A stretch of DNA of 64,000 bases, taken from Blepharisma stoltei ATCC 30299 (lineage: Eukaryota; Protista; Ciliophora). The notes beneath the pieces were generated by a model, which saw nothing but the letters and a program-made list of their open reading frames with translations, searched no databases and was not told the DNA's origin. Below, piece after piece: positions 62,975 through 64,000 of the stretch (positions are counted from its first letter, which is position 1; each line of letters begins with the position of its first letter). The stretch covers positions 744,001-808,000 of the forward strand of contig CBFDEM010000047.1 of assembly GCA_965603825.1 (NCBI GenBank). The letters run 5' to 3'. A program made the translations under genes and the position numbers.

Positions 62975-63500
62975 TCCATGATTGGAATTCATTCACTGGA
63001 AAATCTACCTTATTTCTTTGATATATAGATTAAATATTCAACCAAGACCCTTACTCTAGAACTTATCTAAGTAATAATCGGTCCAAAAATATCAATATTT
63101 ATAATGAGATAGTTAAATTAGAAATATATGAGATGGAAGTGAAGAATTATTCAAATCAGGTATTTATATTCATTATACAGAAGCAGCATCTGAATCTTCG
63201 TTTATGATGTCACAAAAAGAGAAACTTTTGAGAATTTAAATTTTTGGATAAATAAAAATCGGGAAAATGGGCTTGATAATTATTTATCAATTGTCGTAGG
63301 AAATAAAGCTGATTTAGAAAGAGATAGAACAGTTTTATTTGAAGACGGCCAAAATTTTTCAAATGATAATAAGATGATGTATTTAGAAACCTCAGCCAAA
63401 ACACCATTTATATAGACAATTTATTTCATTTTATTATTGCTCTATATTAGGAGGAATCATAAACAGAGAGATGGAATTAAAAAAATGAGTATTGAGGCAT
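62975..63500 (+). pseudogene. Decayed Rab pseudogene related to the 18527 Rab
   Basis: TGKSTLFL, FVYDVTKRETFENLNFW, VGNKADLERDR and YLETSAKT, with stops and frameshifts. Confidence 0.8.
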
Positions 63501-63543
63501 CAAAGTAAATAATAAAAATGATATAGTTTATACTATTAGCCTG

Positions 63544-64000
63544 CTATTTTTCAAATAGCTCTTGAGGAGCAATTTTAAATCGGGAATTCCTGAAATTAAA
63601 CGCGAACTTAAACAAAGTACTTGTATCTTTCCCTTTCTTCCTAAACAGCATGCTTGGATATTTTTTCTTTTGGACATATAAGCCAACCAAAGTTATTATA
63701 AGCCACCCAATAATTAGTAAACTTGTCCATAAAGGACTACTACTCTTATCAAGGCATATATTAATTGTTGTGATAATTGATGACCATGATACAGCAATCA
63801 GAGTTAGAAAATGCCACCAAGTAAACCTAGGATAGTTATATGGTTGATTTTTAAACCCGAAAGTCCCAAAAATAATAACGATCAGAGTAAATAAAGCTCC
63901 ATGTGCTATATCCTGGGTTCTTTTTACAGTTTTGTTTAAGACAATAAGGGAAACTTGAAATATAGTTTTTACCATTAAATGCGAAGGGGTGTATTTGACA
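63544..64000 (-). CDS. C-terminal part of a multi-pass membrane protein (continues past the window end)
   Basis: Frame open to the window edge, with several TM helices and a PYNY..W motif. Confidence 0.75.
   Translation of the reverse strand, partial: VKYTPSHLMVKTIFQVSLIVLNKTVKRTQDIAHGALFTLIVIIFGTFGFKNQPYNYPRFTWWHFLTLIAVSWSSIITTINICLDKSSSPLWTSLLIIGWLIITLVGLYVQKKKYPSMLFRKKGKDTSTLFKFAFNFRNSRFKIAPQELFEK

Overview
AT-rich, extremely gene-dense eukaryotic (not prokaryotic) DNA. Two sequence-level signatures point to a heterotrich ciliate macronuclear chromosome, most likely Blepharisma. First, in-frame TGA sits at conserved Trp positions of many proteins (RPB6 DGSYED-W, tubulin GNN-W, SABATH ALH-W-LS, GBP TKGLWV-W, K+ channel pore NA-WW), while TAA and TAG end genes, so UGA=Trp. 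Second, six exactly 15-nt GT..AG introns with A at position 10 are needed to restore ORFs. The supplied ORF track therefore fragments many genes, and I rejoined them. The window holds about 40 protein genes, 4 identical tRNA-Asn(GTT), 1 tRNA-Ile(AAT) and several duplicated or decaying gene copies. A tandem Rab8-like/tRNA-Asn array (~4.7-11.5 kb) contains an internally deleted APE-RT (LINE-like) retrotransposon whose 5' junction lies ~40 bp upstream of where a tRNA-Asn sits in the sister units. Other notable items are a zf-PARP/F-box/XPA-like fusion, a nuclear CcmH-like gene, a SABATH methyltransferase bracketed by direct repeats, a DEAH helicase-KH-RBR ligase fusion, a GBP-PX fusion and a divergent tubulin. 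All family calls are by motif recognition only; no searches were run.
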